NCBI GenBank assembly: GCA_903859415.1
Contig: CAIOMN010000187.1
Span: 2,837-66,836, forward strand
Source: an uncultured Methylococcaceae bacterium
GTDB taxonomy: Bacteria > Pseudomonadota > Gammaproteobacteria > Methylococcales > Methylomonadaceae
Reading direction: 5' to 3'
Length of the DNA: 64,000 nt
Below, in pieces: positions 36,039 through 46,761 of this stretch. The notes under the pieces were generated by a model. It made no database searches, was not told the DNA's origin, and saw only the letters and a program-made list of their open reading frames with translations. The translations under genes were made by a program, and so were the position numbers. Position 1 is the first letter of the stretch. Each line of letters starts with the position of its first letter.

Positions 36039-37829
36039 GTGCAATTTAAACAGAAACAACAAGCCTATACTTGGCGTGCGATTTATAAGATTGCATTAGA
36101 GCATAAAAAAGCACTGATCTTTTCCCATGTGATAGCGATATTGGCAACTGTTGTCAGTGTTCCAGTGCCATTGCTGATGCCTTTGCTGGTTGATGAGGTC
36201 TTGCTTAATAAGCCGGGTTGGGTGATTAAACTTATTAATCCCTTGTTTCCTGTAGAATGGCATCTGCCCGTTCTTTATATCACGGTTATCTTGGTTGTGA
36301 GTTTATTACTCAGAGTGTTCGCCAGTATTTTTAACATTATCCAGGCACGCCATTTTTCCTGTATTTCTAAAGACATTATTTTTCGCATACGCAGAAATAT
36401 GATTAGTCATCTACAGACTATCTCTATGTCTGAATATGAAAGTTTAGGCACGGGAACGGTTGTTAGTCATTTGGTTAAAGATTTAGATACGATTGATACT
36501 TTTATTGGTACAACTGTCAGTAAACTACTGGTCGCGGTGCTGACAATTATTGGAACGGCTGTGATTTTGCTCTGGATGCACTGGCAATTGGGTTTGTTTA
36601 TCATGCTTTTAAATCCAGTAGTCATTTATTTTACGCGAGTAGTCGGTTCGCGTGTCAAGGATCTTAAGTCTAAAGAAAACTCCGCATACGAACTTTTTCA
36701 GCAATCACTGACCGAAACTTTAGAGGCTATTCATCAAATTCGTGCGAGTAATCGTGAACAGCATTATTGTCAGCAGTTGATTGAGTCTGCCCGATCAATA
36801 AACGAATTTTCAGCCGCTTATGCGTGGAAAAGTGATGCGGCTTCACGCTTAAGTTTTTTGGTTTTTCTGTTTGGATTTGATGTTTTTCGTGCCTGCGCCA
36901 TGTTGATGGTGTTTTATTCAGATTTGAGTATTGGTGAAATGCTGGCAGTCTTTGGCTATCTTTGGTTTATGATGGCGCCTGTACAAGAAATCCTGGGCAT
37001 ACAATATGCTTTTTATGCGGCTAAAGCAGCGCTAATCCGTATCAATCGTTTAAATGCCTTAAAACAGGAGCCCTATTATCCGCATCTTAAAAACCCGTTT
37101 CTGAATAAAAAAACGGTTGCTATTCGTGTTGATAATTTACACTTTAGTTATGGCGAAGAAACCATTTTGAATGGCATCCAGTTAAAGATTAATGCGGGTG
37201 AGAAGGTGGCATTGGTTGGGGCAAGTGGAGGCGGTAAGTCTACTCTTATACAAACGTTGATTGGCCTTTATTTGCCGAGTCAAGGGCGAATAAGCTTTGA
37301 TAATGTGCCCATTGAGCAAATTGGTTTGGAGGTCGTCAGAGAAAATGTAGTGACGGTATTACAGCATCCGGTTTTATTTAATGATACGATTCGTGCTAAC
37401 CTGACATTAGGAAAATCAGTAAGTGATGAGGTGTTATGGAATGCCTTGGCGATTGCACAATTAAAAGATGCCGTTAAAGATTTAGAGCGGGGCCTGGATA
37501 CCATAGTAGGGCGTTTAGGGATGCGGCTTTCTGGAGGTCAACGACAACGGATGGCGATTGCCCGTATGGTAGTTGCTGACCCTAAAGTGGTGATTTTGGA
37601 TGAAGCGACTTCGGCACTGGATAGTGAAACGGAGTATAACTTACACCAGGCAATGGCGACTTTTTTAAAAGATCGTACCACTATTATCATCGCGCATCGC
37701 TTAAGCGCGGTTAAACAGGCAGATCATGTTTATGTATTCGAGCAGGGTGTTATTTGTGAACAAGGCCGGCACGACACTTTAATTCAGAACAAAGGTTTGT
37801 ACGCAAAACTCTATGGTGAATACCAATAA
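36039..37829 (+). CDS. ABC transporter permease/ATP-binding fusion (exporter type)
   Basis: 596 aa. N-terminal 6-TM domain, Walker A GASGGGKST, signature LSGGQRQR, Walker B VILDEATSALD. Confidence 0.85.
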   Translation: MQFKQKQQAYTWRAIYKIALEHKKALIFSHVIAILATVVSVPVPLLMPLLVDEVLLNKPGWVIKLINPLFPVEWHLPVLYITVILVVSLLLRVFASIFNIIQARHFSCISKDIIFRIRRNMISHLQTISMSEYESLGTGTVVSHLVKDLDTIDTFIGTTVSKLLVAVLTIIGTAVILLWMHWQLGLFIMLLNPVVIYFTRVVGSRVKDLKSKENSAYELFQQSLTETLEAIHQIRASNREQHYCQQLIESARSINEFSAAYAWKSDAASRLSFLVFLFGFDVFRACAMLMVFYSDLSIGEMLAVFGYLWFMMAPVQEILGIQYAFYAAKAALIRINRLNALKQEPYYPHLKNPFLNKKTVAIRVDNLHFSYGEETILNGIQLKINAGEKVALVGASGGGKSTLIQTLIGLYLPSQGRISFDNVPIEQIGLEVVRENVVTVLQHPVLFNDTIRANLTLGKSVSDEVLWNALAIAQLKDAVKDLERGLDTIVGRLGMRLSGGQRQRMAIARMVVADPKVVILDEATSALDSETEYNLHQAMATFLKDRTTIIIAHRLSAVKQADHVYVFEQGVICEQGRHDTLIQNKGLYAKLYGEYQ

Positions 37830-37885
37830 AATAAATCTTAGTAATCTCGCATGTTTTTTATTTTTGCCTTTTTTCAATCCTTAAT

Positions 37886-38719
37886 ATGACCGAACTTTAC
37901 GATTTACATTGTCACTCCACTGCCTCTGACGGAGCTTTATCGCCGACAGAGCTGGTACAACGCGCTTATCACCAAGGTGTTACCTCTCTTGCATTGACTG
38001 ATCATGATACAACCTCTGGTTTGATTGAAGCCAGGTTGTGTGCGGATGAAAAGGGTATCAAATTTATTTCGGGTATTGAGCTGTCAACGAATTGGCAGAA
38101 TCAGTGTTTTCATATTGTTGGTTTAGGAATTGATCCAAATTATCCACCCTTGGCAGAGGCAACACATAACTTACAGTCGATGCGTTTAGAACGTGCTGAA
38201 AAGATGGCTTTAAAACTTGAGAAAAAACGTATTCCAGGTGCGTTTGAAGCAGTAAAAAAAGCGGCAGCAGAAGGCATGATTACAAGGACGCATTTTGCAG
38301 ATTTTCTATTGTCGCAAAATCATGTGTCCACTCATCAGGAAGCATTTGATCGGTATTTAGCCAAAGGTAAGGCAGCTTATGTGTCTACGCCTTGGGCAGA
38401 CCTTAAATTAGCGGTTAGTTGGATTACTGAAGCGGGAGGAATCGCAGTTTTGGCGCATCCCTTGCGCTATAAGCTGACAGCCAATTGGATGGGGCGTTTG
38501 CTTAATGAATTTAAGTCTGCGGGTGGACAAGGGATTGAAGTAATTACCAGTCGAATGAATTCAGATGAAATACGCTTGGCGGCAGATTACGCAACTCGTT
38601 TTGAGTTGGCTGGTTCGGTAGGTTCGGATTTTCATAATGCAACCAATCCATATGTAGAGTTAGGACGCTTGGCGCCATTGCCAGATAACATTAAACCAGT
38701 TTGGGAGTTATTAGGTTAA
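37886..38719 (+). CDS. PHP-domain phosphoesterase (TrpH/YciV family)
   Basis: 277 aa. YDLHCHSTASDGALSP and LALTDHDT motifs. Confidence 0.8.
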   Translation: MTELYDLHCHSTASDGALSPTELVQRAYHQGVTSLALTDHDTTSGLIEARLCADEKGIKFISGIELSTNWQNQCFHIVGLGIDPNYPPLAEATHNLQSMRLERAEKMALKLEKKRIPGAFEAVKKAAAEGMITRTHFADFLLSQNHVSTHQEAFDRYLAKGKAAYVSTPWADLKLAVSWITEAGGIAVLAHPLRYKLTANWMGRLLNEFKSAGGQGIEVITSRMNSDEIRLAADYATRFELAGSVGSDFHNATNPYVELGRLAPLPDNIKPVWELLG

Positions 38720-38756
38720 AGCCGTTAACTGATTGAATGTGCTGTAACTGTCTATC

Positions 38757-40235
38757 ATGGGAATTATAAAAAAGCTCGCCTCACAAACTGCAATTTACGG
38801 CCTAAGTAGTATTTTTGGCCGATTTCTAAATTACTTGTTAGTCCCCTTATACACCTATTATTTCTCTGCTGCGGAATACGGTGTTGTTTCTGAATTTTAT
38901 GCCTACGCAGGATTTTTTTCAGTCGTATTGCTTTTTGGCTTTGAAACGGGATATTTTCGATTTCGAGATAAGGCTCATAGCGGGCGGGATGTTGCCTATT
39001 CAACGGCACTCATTTTTGTCGTATTCGTTAATCTACTGTTCTTCTTGGTTATTTATGTTATTAATCCATGGCTTTCAGCGTTACTGAATTATTCTAATCA
39101 TCCTGAGTATGTGTTGTGTTTTAGTCTTATTTTAATTTTCGATGCCGTTGCCTCTATTCCCTTTGCGCGTTTACGGGCAGAGGCTAAAGCGTTTCGTTTT
39201 GCAGCTATCAAGATTGCTGAGATATTGATAACCGTGCTGCTGAGTTTGTTTTTTATTGTGTACTGTCCCAAGATGCTAGCTGAAAATTCTGAGTCTTGGG
39301 TGAGTAAGGTCTATCAGCCAGAAATTGGTGTTGGATATATTTTTATTGCTAACTTGATGGCGAGTGCCTTTAAATTTGTTTTGCTTTTTGCACAATTAAA
39401 GGGTTTGGCTTGGGGATTTGATCGCCAGTTATTCGCTAAAATGATTCGTTATTCATTACCGATGGTAGTAATTGGTTTTGCCGGGGTTATTAACGAAATG
39501 TTAGATAGAGCTTTGCTGAAATATCTATTACCCTATGATGTGCAAACCAATATGAAGCTGTTGGGTGTTTACAGTGCATGCTATAAATTGTCTATTTTAA
39601 TGTCGTTATTTATTCAGGCATTCCGGTATGCAGCCGAGCCATTTTTCTTTTCTTATGCGGATAACAGCGATGCGCGACCCATTTACGCAAAAGTTCTTAA
39701 GTTTTTTGTCATCTTTTGTGTCTTTATCTTCTTGTTGGTCACGCTATTTATAGACTTCTTTAAATACTTTGTCGGTGAAGAATATCGGGCAGGTCTTGAG
39801 GTTGTGCCTATTTTATTATTGGCTAATCTGTTTTTGGGTGTTTATGTTAATTTATCAATCTGGTATAAGTTGAGTGATCGTACCTTAATGGGGGCTTTTG
39901 TTTCTTTATCGGGCGCTCTATTAACTATAGGTCTAAATCTTTGGTGGATACCGGAATTCGGTTATGTGGGTTCAGCATGGGCTACACTGGTTTGTTATGT
40001 CTGGATGGCCGTGGTGTCGTATCTATTGGGCAGGCTTTATTATCCCGTAGGTTATGAAGTTAAACGGGTGTTGGGTTATATTCTATTGGGTGTCAGTTTG
40101 TATTTTATCAAGATTATCTTACCGATTGGAGCAGCTTGGCAACAGCCATGGTTCTTGTCTACTGAATTGATGACCCTGTATTTCCTGATCGTGCTTCTAT
40201 TTGAAGGTAGAAAACATCATATCTTTGATAAATAA
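38757..40235 (+). CDS. MOP-superfamily oligosaccharide/polysaccharide flippase
   Basis: 492 aa with about 12-14 TM segments. N-terminus LASQTAIYGLSSIFGRFLNYLLVPLYT is typical of Wzx/polysaccharide biosynthesis proteins. Confidence 0.7.
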   Translation: MGIIKKLASQTAIYGLSSIFGRFLNYLLVPLYTYYFSAAEYGVVSEFYAYAGFFSVVLLFGFETGYFRFRDKAHSGRDVAYSTALIFVVFVNLLFFLVIYVINPWLSALLNYSNHPEYVLCFSLILIFDAVASIPFARLRAEAKAFRFAAIKIAEILITVLLSLFFIVYCPKMLAENSESWVSKVYQPEIGVGYIFIANLMASAFKFVLLFAQLKGLAWGFDRQLFAKMIRYSLPMVVIGFAGVINEMLDRALLKYLLPYDVQTNMKLLGVYSACYKLSILMSLFIQAFRYAAEPFFFSYADNSDARPIYAKVLKFFVIFCVFIFLLVTLFIDFFKYFVGEEYRAGLEVVPILLLANLFLGVYVNLSIWYKLSDRTLMGAFVSLSGALLTIGLNLWWIPEFGYVGSAWATLVCYVWMAVVSYLLGRLYYPVGYEVKRVLGYILLGVSLYFIKIILPIGAAWQQPWFLSTELMTLYFLIVLLFEGRKHHIFDK

Positions 40236-40308
40236 GCCGGGTTGTCATATTGTTGACATGGTTCTAGACTAGAATCAATCAATTATTTTCTGTCGTATTG
40301 ATAAGTCA

Positions 40309-41376
40309 ATGTCAAACACTTTGCAAGTACGCGCTCGTTTTATTGGTTGTCTGATATTATTTTTGTTAGGCAGTTGGGTATTACATGGTTTTTTTGACTT
40401 GCTGGCTTGGGCGGTGGTGCTAGCCATTGCTACATGGCCGGTCTATGAAAGGTTATTGGCATCAACTGAATTGAATGGAAAAGTAACCTGGGTGGCATTG
40501 AGCCTTACCTTTTTGATCGGTGCGATTATTATGGCTCCCTTCGGTTATGGGGTCAGTCGATTGCTTGAGGAAGTTGAAACCTTGGGTCAACTGTTTACTC
40601 ACGCCCAAAACGTTGGTATTTCACCGCCAGACTGGTTAGAAACTTTGCCTGTTATCGGTCATTGGCTTAAAGAGAATTGGTTAAAAGTGTTGGGTGACTC
40701 AGAGACTTTTAATGGTTCCTTACAGTGGCTAGCGAGTGCAAAAACCTTTAATTTTACAAAAGAGCTTGCGGGGCAGCTAGTCAGCAGATTTTTCGGTTTT
40801 CTAATTATACTATTAGTGTTGTTTTTGGTATACCAGCATGGCAACAACCTGGGTCGTCAGGTGTTGGCGAGTAGCAATAAGCTATTTGGTGAAAAAGGTT
40901 GTCGTTATTTTCTGCATGCGACGGCTGCAGTGCGCTCAACAGTCAATGGCATGATGCTGATTGGATTGGGTAAAGGCGTGTTAATGGGGTTTGGTTATGC
41001 TTTTGTTGGCTTAGATAATCCTGCTATTTTGGGTGCTTTAACCGGTTTCTTTGCCATCATTCCTTTTGCGGCCAAGTTAGTTTTTAGTGTGTGTGCTTTG
41101 GTGTTAGTGGCAAAAGGCCATCCAGTTGAGGCTGGAAGTTTGTTTATATATGGAATGACTTTAACACTGATTGCCGATAATTATATCCGCCCTGCCTTAA
41201 TAGGCGGAGCTGTGAAGCTACCTTTTATATGGACACTTTTGGGGATTTTTGGTGGATTGGAAACGTTTGGGCTTTTGGGCTTGTTTTTGGGTCCAGTATT
41301 GTTGGCTGTGTTAATGACCCTTTGGCGAGATTGGATTGCTGATCTAGATTCGTTGAGTAAAACTAACGACCAATAA
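40309..41376 (+). CDS. AI-2E family transporter (PerM-like)
   Basis: 355 aa polytopic protein. The C-terminal ...IADNYIRPALIGG...LGLFLGPV motif is typical of the family. Confidence 0.8.
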   Translation: MSNTLQVRARFIGCLILFLLGSWVLHGFFDLLAWAVVLAIATWPVYERLLASTELNGKVTWVALSLTFLIGAIIMAPFGYGVSRLLEEVETLGQLFTHAQNVGISPPDWLETLPVIGHWLKENWLKVLGDSETFNGSLQWLASAKTFNFTKELAGQLVSRFFGFLIILLVLFLVYQHGNNLGRQVLASSNKLFGEKGCRYFLHATAAVRSTVNGMMLIGLGKGVLMGFGYAFVGLDNPAILGALTGFFAIIPFAAKLVFSVCALVLVAKGHPVEAGSLFIYGMTLTLIADNYIRPALIGGAVKLPFIWTLLGIFGGLETFGLLGLFLGPVLLAVLMTLWRDWIADLDSLSKTNDQ

Positions 41377-41379
41377 AAA

Positions 41380-41396
41380 GCCCGCATATAGCGGGC
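41380..41396 (+). terminator. Short GC hairpin after the AI-2E transporter gene
   Basis: GCCCGC-ATATA-GCGGGC begins 4 nt after the stop. The T-run follows only about 10 nt later, so it is weak as an intrinsic terminator. Confidence 0.4.
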
Positions 41397-41672
41397 GTGT
41401 TGAGCATTTTTATTATTGTTATAGCAGTTGTTATTGGTTCAACTCAACTCAAGCAGTATTATCTTTATTATAGTTATACGCCTTACGGCGGTCTTCCCCC
41501 CTCTTTAGGTCAACCCCTTACCTTTGACCTAGCCCCTAAAAGCTGACGCATTATAAGCTTAAAAACCAGCAGCGTCTAAAAAAATATTAAATTTTCAATA
41601 AAAAATTAACGGTTAATTTAATGGCTCATTAAAATAGGTTGTTATGATCTGTTTTGTGAGCGGTATAAAAAA

Positions 41673-43235
41673 TTAGCGATTGCGTTTAGCTTCTTGTTCT
41701 TGGTTATAGAAGAAGTTTAGGCGCTCATTCAAAATAGAAGATAATTGGAAGTTAAGACCTTTAGATGCTTGTGCTAACCTAATTTGCAAAATAGCATCTT
41801 TCGTTTGCCCCATTGCATAATAATACTCTGCAAGGAAGCGATGTGATTCAGCGGGTTGGTGCAAATCACTGTAGGATTGAGCTAATAACTCCCAATAGGT
41901 AGGTAGTCGCTGCATTTGGGGATTTAACGATAATAATTTATTTCTAGCCAGATCTGGTTTGTCAATTTTTAATAAAGCTGTTATATATTCAAGCTTAACA
42001 GCGTCATTATCAGGAAATTGTTCTACTAGTTTTTGATAGCGATTTGCTGCGATTGCATAGTTGTGAGAATCAAATGAGGTACGAGCGAATGCGGTTGCAT
42101 ATTGAGGTTGTTCAGGGAATTCACTCGCCAATGTTTGGAAAATAGTTTCAGCCTCTTTAAATTTTTCAGCCTTCAGAGCAATCAACCCCATACCGTAACG
42201 AGCAACTGCACGCTGCTCTGGTGTTCCTAGAGAAAGTCGGTTCTGGAAATACTCTGCGGCTGCTCCTGTATTGGCATCTGACAAGACCCGGATTTTTGCT
42301 TTCGTCAGTAGATAGCCCATCGAGTCTGGATATTGCTTATATGGATATGTTTCAGCTCGTCCACGCGTATCAGATATACGTGACTCTGTGACAGGGTGAG
42401 TCCTTAAGAATTCGGGAACACCTTGTCCATAAAAGCGGGTTGCTTGTTGTAGGCGTTCAAAGAAGGTTGGCATGCTCCGAGGATCATATCGGGAAGCTGC
42501 TAACGTTTGCATTCCAACACGGTCAGCTTCCTCTTCATTTTCGCGGGTAAAGTTAATTTGAAATTGTATGCTACCACCCATAATCGCCATAATAGCGGCT
42601 TGGCCCATCTGCGGTGATTGAGAGCCTAATAAAATAGCGGCTAACATGCCTGCTGCACTTGGAATAGTTAATCGGCCAGCGGCTTCGGCTGCACGAAATA
42701 AATGCCGTTGAGTGACATGCGAAATTTCATGTGCCATAACCGAGGCTAATTCACTTTCTGCTTCCGTCATGGTGATCAGGCCTGAGTTTACCCCAATATA
42801 ACCACCTGGGCCTGCAAACGCATTGATGTCATTTTCCATAACTACAAAAAAGTGGAAGGGATGACTAGGGGCGTCACTATTAGCCGCTAACTTTTGGCCA
42901 ATTGATTGGATATACTCTTGAATCTCAGCATCTTGATTAATTGTAATCTGGGCATGCAAGCTTCTAAAAAATTCTTCACCAAATTCTTTTTCCTCAGCAG
43001 GCGATATCAGTGTGCCGGAGGAGTCGCCCATATCAGGCAAATCAATTTTTTTAATGGCTCGTGGCTGTGTCGATGAGCTTGAATCTTTATCCCCACCAGC
43101 ACCTCTTTCTGGAGGTGATTGCTGGCCAGGAGGCAAGCCTTTGTTTGTGACAATGACGCGTTGATCTTCAGCTTGCTGAGGCGTAGAGAATAAAATAAGG
43201 CTTAGAGCCAGGGCAATCGCAGAGGGTTTAAACAT
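41673..43235 (-). CDS. bepA: Periplasmic M48 metalloprotease with TPR domain (BepA/YfgC-like)
   Basis: 520 aa. Signal peptide, HEISHVTQRH zinc motif, TPR-like C-terminal half. Confidence 0.85.
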   Translation of the reverse strand: MFKPSAIALALSLILFSTPQQAEDQRVIVTNKGLPPGQQSPPERGAGGDKDSSSSTQPRAIKKIDLPDMGDSSGTLISPAEEKEFGEEFFRSLHAQITINQDAEIQEYIQSIGQKLAANSDAPSHPFHFFVVMENDINAFAGPGGYIGVNSGLITMTEAESELASVMAHEISHVTQRHLFRAAEAAGRLTIPSAAGMLAAILLGSQSPQMGQAAIMAIMGGSIQFQINFTRENEEEADRVGMQTLAASRYDPRSMPTFFERLQQATRFYGQGVPEFLRTHPVTESRISDTRGRAETYPYKQYPDSMGYLLTKAKIRVLSDANTGAAAEYFQNRLSLGTPEQRAVARYGMGLIALKAEKFKEAETIFQTLASEFPEQPQYATAFARTSFDSHNYAIAANRYQKLVEQFPDNDAVKLEYITALLKIDKPDLARNKLLSLNPQMQRLPTYWELLAQSYSDLHQPAESHRFLAEYYYAMGQTKDAILQIRLAQASKGLNFQLSSILNERLNFFYNQEQEAKRNR

Positions 43236-43359
43236 GAGTTCTCAAGGTTACAATAATAGAGTAACTAAATCAGCAGGGAGTTATTCAATCGTAATAGAAT
43301 ATCAGCTGTTTATTATAAAACATCTCAATTAAATATAACTTAAGAAATAGAGTTAAATA

Positions 43360-43749
43360 ATGAAATTTGCCATTCAAATTAATGCCAGCCCTAATCACTC
43401 TAATGTTGGACAAACTGCTTACCAATTTATATATACAGCCTTGAGGTTGGGGCATGAGATCGTTAGGGTGTTTTTTTATCACGATGGGATACTGCACGCA
43501 TTCAGGCATGCAACGCAACCCGATGATGAACTTCAATTGATTCAGCGGTGGAGTGATTTGGCTAAGCACAATCAAATCGATTTAGTGGTATGTATTTCTG
43601 CTGCCCAAAGGCGCGGGTTATTGTGTTTAGATGAAGCCCAAAGACAAGGGAAGCAAGATAACGATTTGGCGGAGGGATTTAGAATTTCTGGGTTAGGACA
43701 GTGGGTTGAGGCGACTCTGATTGCCGATCGTTTGATCACTTTTGGTTAA
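43360..43749 (+). CDS. tusD: Sulfurtransferase TusD (DsrE family)
   Basis: 129 aa. MKFAIQINASP... and the conserved Cys in VVCISAAQRRG. Confidence 0.85.
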   Translation: MKFAIQINASPNHSNVGQTAYQFIYTALRLGHEIVRVFFYHDGILHAFRHATQPDDELQLIQRWSDLAKHNQIDLVVCISAAQRRGLLCLDEAQRQGKQDNDLAEGFRISGLGQWVEATLIADRLITFG

Positions 43750-43755
43750 GTTACT

Positions 43756-44112
43756 ATGAAGAATTATTTATTTGTACTTCGTAAAGCGGCCCACAGTGGG
43801 TCTTTTGTGCAAGAAATGTTGGATATTATTTTAACGACTGCAGCGTTTGATCAGAAAGTGGGGGTGTTATTGCTGGATGATGGGGTTTTTTATTTAAAAA
43901 ATGGTCAGCAACCTGAAATGACTGGTATAAAAGATACAGCGGCTATTTTTAAAGCGTTAGAGTTGTATGATGTCGAAGATTTTTATACCGAGCAAGAATC
44001 TTTAATAGATAGAGGTTTAAAGATCACTGATTTGTGCCTACCTGTTCAAGCGATTTATAGAAAGGATATTGCTAGTTTAATGAAGCAATTTAATGTGATT
44101 GTTTCAGGTTAA
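43756..44112 (+). CDS. tusC: Sulfurtransferase TusC (DsrF family)
   Basis: 118 aa, immediately downstream of tusD. DsrE/F fold-type sequence. Confidence 0.8.
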   Translation: MKNYLFVLRKAAHSGSFVQEMLDIILTTAAFDQKVGVLLLDDGVFYLKNGQQPEMTGIKDTAAIFKALELYDVEDFYTEQESLIDRGLKITDLCLPVQAIYRKDIASLMKQFNVIVSG

Positions 44113-44145
44113 ACTGTTTAACAGGTGTGATTAAACATTTGCCCG

Positions 44146-44691
44146 CTAATCTTGTGTTACAAAGATGAGTTTATCGGTTGCAAAGCCCAATTCCTTTGCT
44201 TTTGCAATTAACGACTCCTGAATGTTTTTAGGTAATTGCTTGGTGCGTGATAAAATCCAGAAATATGATCTATCTGGACCAGTAATCATGGAATAGGAGT
44301 AGCCTTTTTTGTCTAAATCAATGATGTTATAAGCGCCATAGAAAGGTCCAAAAAAAGACACCTTAAGCTTGCCTTCATTAGGTTGATCAATGAAATAGGC
44401 TTTTCCTTCTGCTTGTTCCCATTTGCCTGTTGTCTGATTCAATCCTTTGTTAATGACAGTCACGCCACCATCGTCTCTTAAAGAGTAAGCAGCAGAGATG
44501 TTGTTTAAGCCTCGCTCAAAGTGGTTATCAAGTCTCGCAATTTCATACCACGTACCCAAGTATCTGTTTACCTCAAAGTCATTAACCGCTGTTAACCCGT
44601 TTGGAATTCCAGTGCAAGCTGAAAAAAAACAAACCATTAGACAGATAAAAATTGCGGATTTATTCATGAAGTTAAGAGGTGTTTTTGTCAA
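44146..44691 (-). CDS. blc: Outer-membrane lipocalin lipoprotein Blc
   Basis: 181 aa. Lipobox FFSAC and the lipocalin motif RYLGTWYEIARL. Confidence 0.85.
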   Translation of the reverse strand: MTKTPLNFMNKSAIFICLMVCFFSACTGIPNGLTAVNDFEVNRYLGTWYEIARLDNHFERGLNNISAAYSLRDDGGVTVINKGLNQTTGKWEQAEGKAYFIDQPNEGKLKVSFFGPFYGAYNIIDLDKKGYSYSMITGPDRSYFWILSRTKQLPKNIQESLIAKAKELGFATDKLIFVTQD

Positions 44692-44759
44692 GAATCATGA
44701 TGTTTTTTTGAATTGTATCCCCAACCCAAACGTATTAAAAGACTTTATTTGATTATTTT

Positions 44760-45170
44760 TTATAGTTGTTGACTGTTATTTAATATATCTTCAATCACAC
44801 CAAATAACATGTGTGAAATGCCGGTATAGAAAAAGAAAATCGGGAAATTGTTATCGATTTCAACAGTATTGATTTCACCGTAAAACTCCATAGAGCCGAC
44901 CATGAGAATTAAAAAGAATCCTACGAGGATTATAGATCGAAAATTTTTTCTCATAAAACAGTATATTAAAATAACAATCTCAGTCATACCTAAGTAGACC
45001 ATAATCATACGTAAATTGTTATCCAGGGCGCCATAAAGATCTGATTTAAACTCAAAAAGCGAATGATCATCCGAAACAGATAAAAAGCTGCCCGCCAAGA
45101 GTAAGATAACAGAAGCGCAGAAGTTGACTTCCAGCAAGTATTTTAAGTTTTCTAATTTTATAAGTCTCAT
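44760..45170 (-). CDS. Small membrane protein, unknown function
   Basis: 136-aa ORF with about 4 hydrophobic segments. No recognisable family. Confidence 0.45.
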   Translation of the reverse strand: MRLIKLENLKYLLEVNFCASVILLLAGSFLSVSDDHSLFEFKSDLYGALDNNLRMIMVYLGMTEIVILIYCFMRKNFRSIILVGFFLILMVGSMEFYGEINTVEIDNNFPIFFFYTGISHMLFGVIEDILNNSQQL

Positions 45171-45444
45171 ATCAATTTACTACGCTAAATAGATGTCATA
45201 AAAAAAGACCCTCCCTTAAAGAATCAGAGAGGGCTTACAGAGGAGGACATGGAGTAATATCTTGAATATTTTTTTATTCAGATGACAATACAAGTTTGAG
45301 GGTTAACGTTGGTATTTTAATTTGGATGAATTCCTTAAAATGCCACTAACTTAGTTGCTAACTTACCCCTCAAATGTTACTTTGTCAAACTGTAGTTGAA
45401 CAAAACATGTACAATATATTTTAACGAAAAAAGATGAGGCTATC

Positions 45445-46347
45445 ATGACTAAGATATTAATAACGGGTGGTACAGGTTTTATTGGTAGCGCATTAACAAA
45501 ACGGTTATTGGCTCAAAATTATGAGGTGACCGTTTTAAGCCGTCATCCTGAGACAGTTGGAAAATTAGGTTTGGACGGTGTTGATATATTGGGTTCTTTA
45601 AGTTCCTTAACACCAGACGATAATTTTCAAATAGTTATCAATTTGGCGGGTGCTCCTATATTTGATTTGCGCTGGACAGAAGCTCGAAAACAACTGATAC
45701 GAGAAAGTCGAGTTAATCTGACTGAACAGTTGGTTGCTTGTATGGCAAGGATGACTGTTAAACCTGAACTATTGATCAGTGGTTCTGCTATTGGTTATTA
45801 TGGAGATCAAGGTGATACCATAATGACTGAGAAATCAGAGGTTAAGCAGGATTTTTCACAACAACTGTGCTTAGATTGGGAACAGGCTGCAAAGAAAGCC
45901 GAACAACTGGGCGTTAGGGTTTGTTTAATAAGAACCGGTCTTGTACTGGGTGATGGTGGGTTATTAAAGCGAATGTTATTGCCTTTCCAACTTGGGCTTG
46001 GTGGGCGCTTAGGCAATGGAAAACAATGGATGTCCTGGATACACCTGCAAGATTGGCTCTCAATTGCTGAAAGGATGATCAGTGATAACTCAATGTCTGG
46101 TGTTTATAATGCAACTGCACCCAATCCGGTAACAAATACTGAGTTTACTAAAGTCTTGGCAAAAACTGTAAACCGGCCCGCGTTATTTCCATTGCCAGCT
46201 GGGTTATTAACCGTGTTGTTAGGCGAGATGTCCAGTTTGGTGTTAGGTAGTCAACGTGTTCTTCCTGAGCGATTGCAGACACAGGGCTATCGTTTTCAGT
46301 ATACCGATCTGGCTGCAGCATTAGTTCAGATAATTAAACGCTCATGA
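45445..46347 (+). CDS. TIGR01777-family NAD-dependent epimerase/dehydratase (YfcH-like, with DUF1731 C-terminus)
   Basis: 300 aa. ILITGGTGFIGSAL Rossmann motif. Length and C-terminus are typical of YfcH. Confidence 0.8.
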   Translation: MTKILITGGTGFIGSALTKRLLAQNYEVTVLSRHPETVGKLGLDGVDILGSLSSLTPDDNFQIVINLAGAPIFDLRWTEARKQLIRESRVNLTEQLVACMARMTVKPELLISGSAIGYYGDQGDTIMTEKSEVKQDFSQQLCLDWEQAAKKAEQLGVRVCLIRTGLVLGDGGLLKRMLLPFQLGLGGRLGNGKQWMSWIHLQDWLSIAERMISDNSMSGVYNATAPNPVTNTEFTKVLAKTVNRPALFPLPAGLLTVLLGEMSSLVLGSQRVLPERLQTQGYRFQYTDLAAALVQIIKRS

Positions 46348-46574
46348 TTAAACGAGATAGTAATCATGTTAATCCTGACAAGCTCATTTTAAGCAAATGG
46401 ACTGCGGTTAATCCGAGCCATAAGGAGAAACATTTTTTAGTGACACGGGTCATAAAAGATGAAGAAGAAATTATCACACATTGTGTGCTTGAAGCAGTTA
46501 TAAATCACCGTGAAATTGAACTGGATTGGAGGTTATTGAAAGACCCGGGCAGTTGGTTGTTTGGATGGCGGTAA
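46344..46574 (+). CDS. TIGR02450-like tryptophan-rich small protein
   Basis: 76 aa. SKWTAVNP...EKHFLVT...LEAV...W..LKD...W..GW pattern. ATGA overlap with the upstream gene. Confidence 0.55.
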   Translation: MIKRDSNHVNPDKLILSKWTAVNPSHKEKHFLVTRVIKDEEEIITHCVLEAVINHREIELDWRLLKDPGSWLFGWR

Positions 46575-46761
46575 GGGTATTTCGACCACTACTTTAATAG
46601 ATACTAATAATTAAGGTGTTATGATGAGTGATTTAATTGTATCTTCTTGGCGTTATATTTTACAATTCGATTGGCAATGCAAGTTTACAGGGCAATTTAA
46701 AGTGTTTAGGCACGATAATCGCCTTTTATCATGATACCTATAATAATATTTGGAGGATAGT

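Noticed and set aside
43285-43575. 96-aa minus-strand ORF overlapping the tusD start
   Set aside because: It overlaps a well-supported tusD gene on the opposite strand and its product has no recognisable features.
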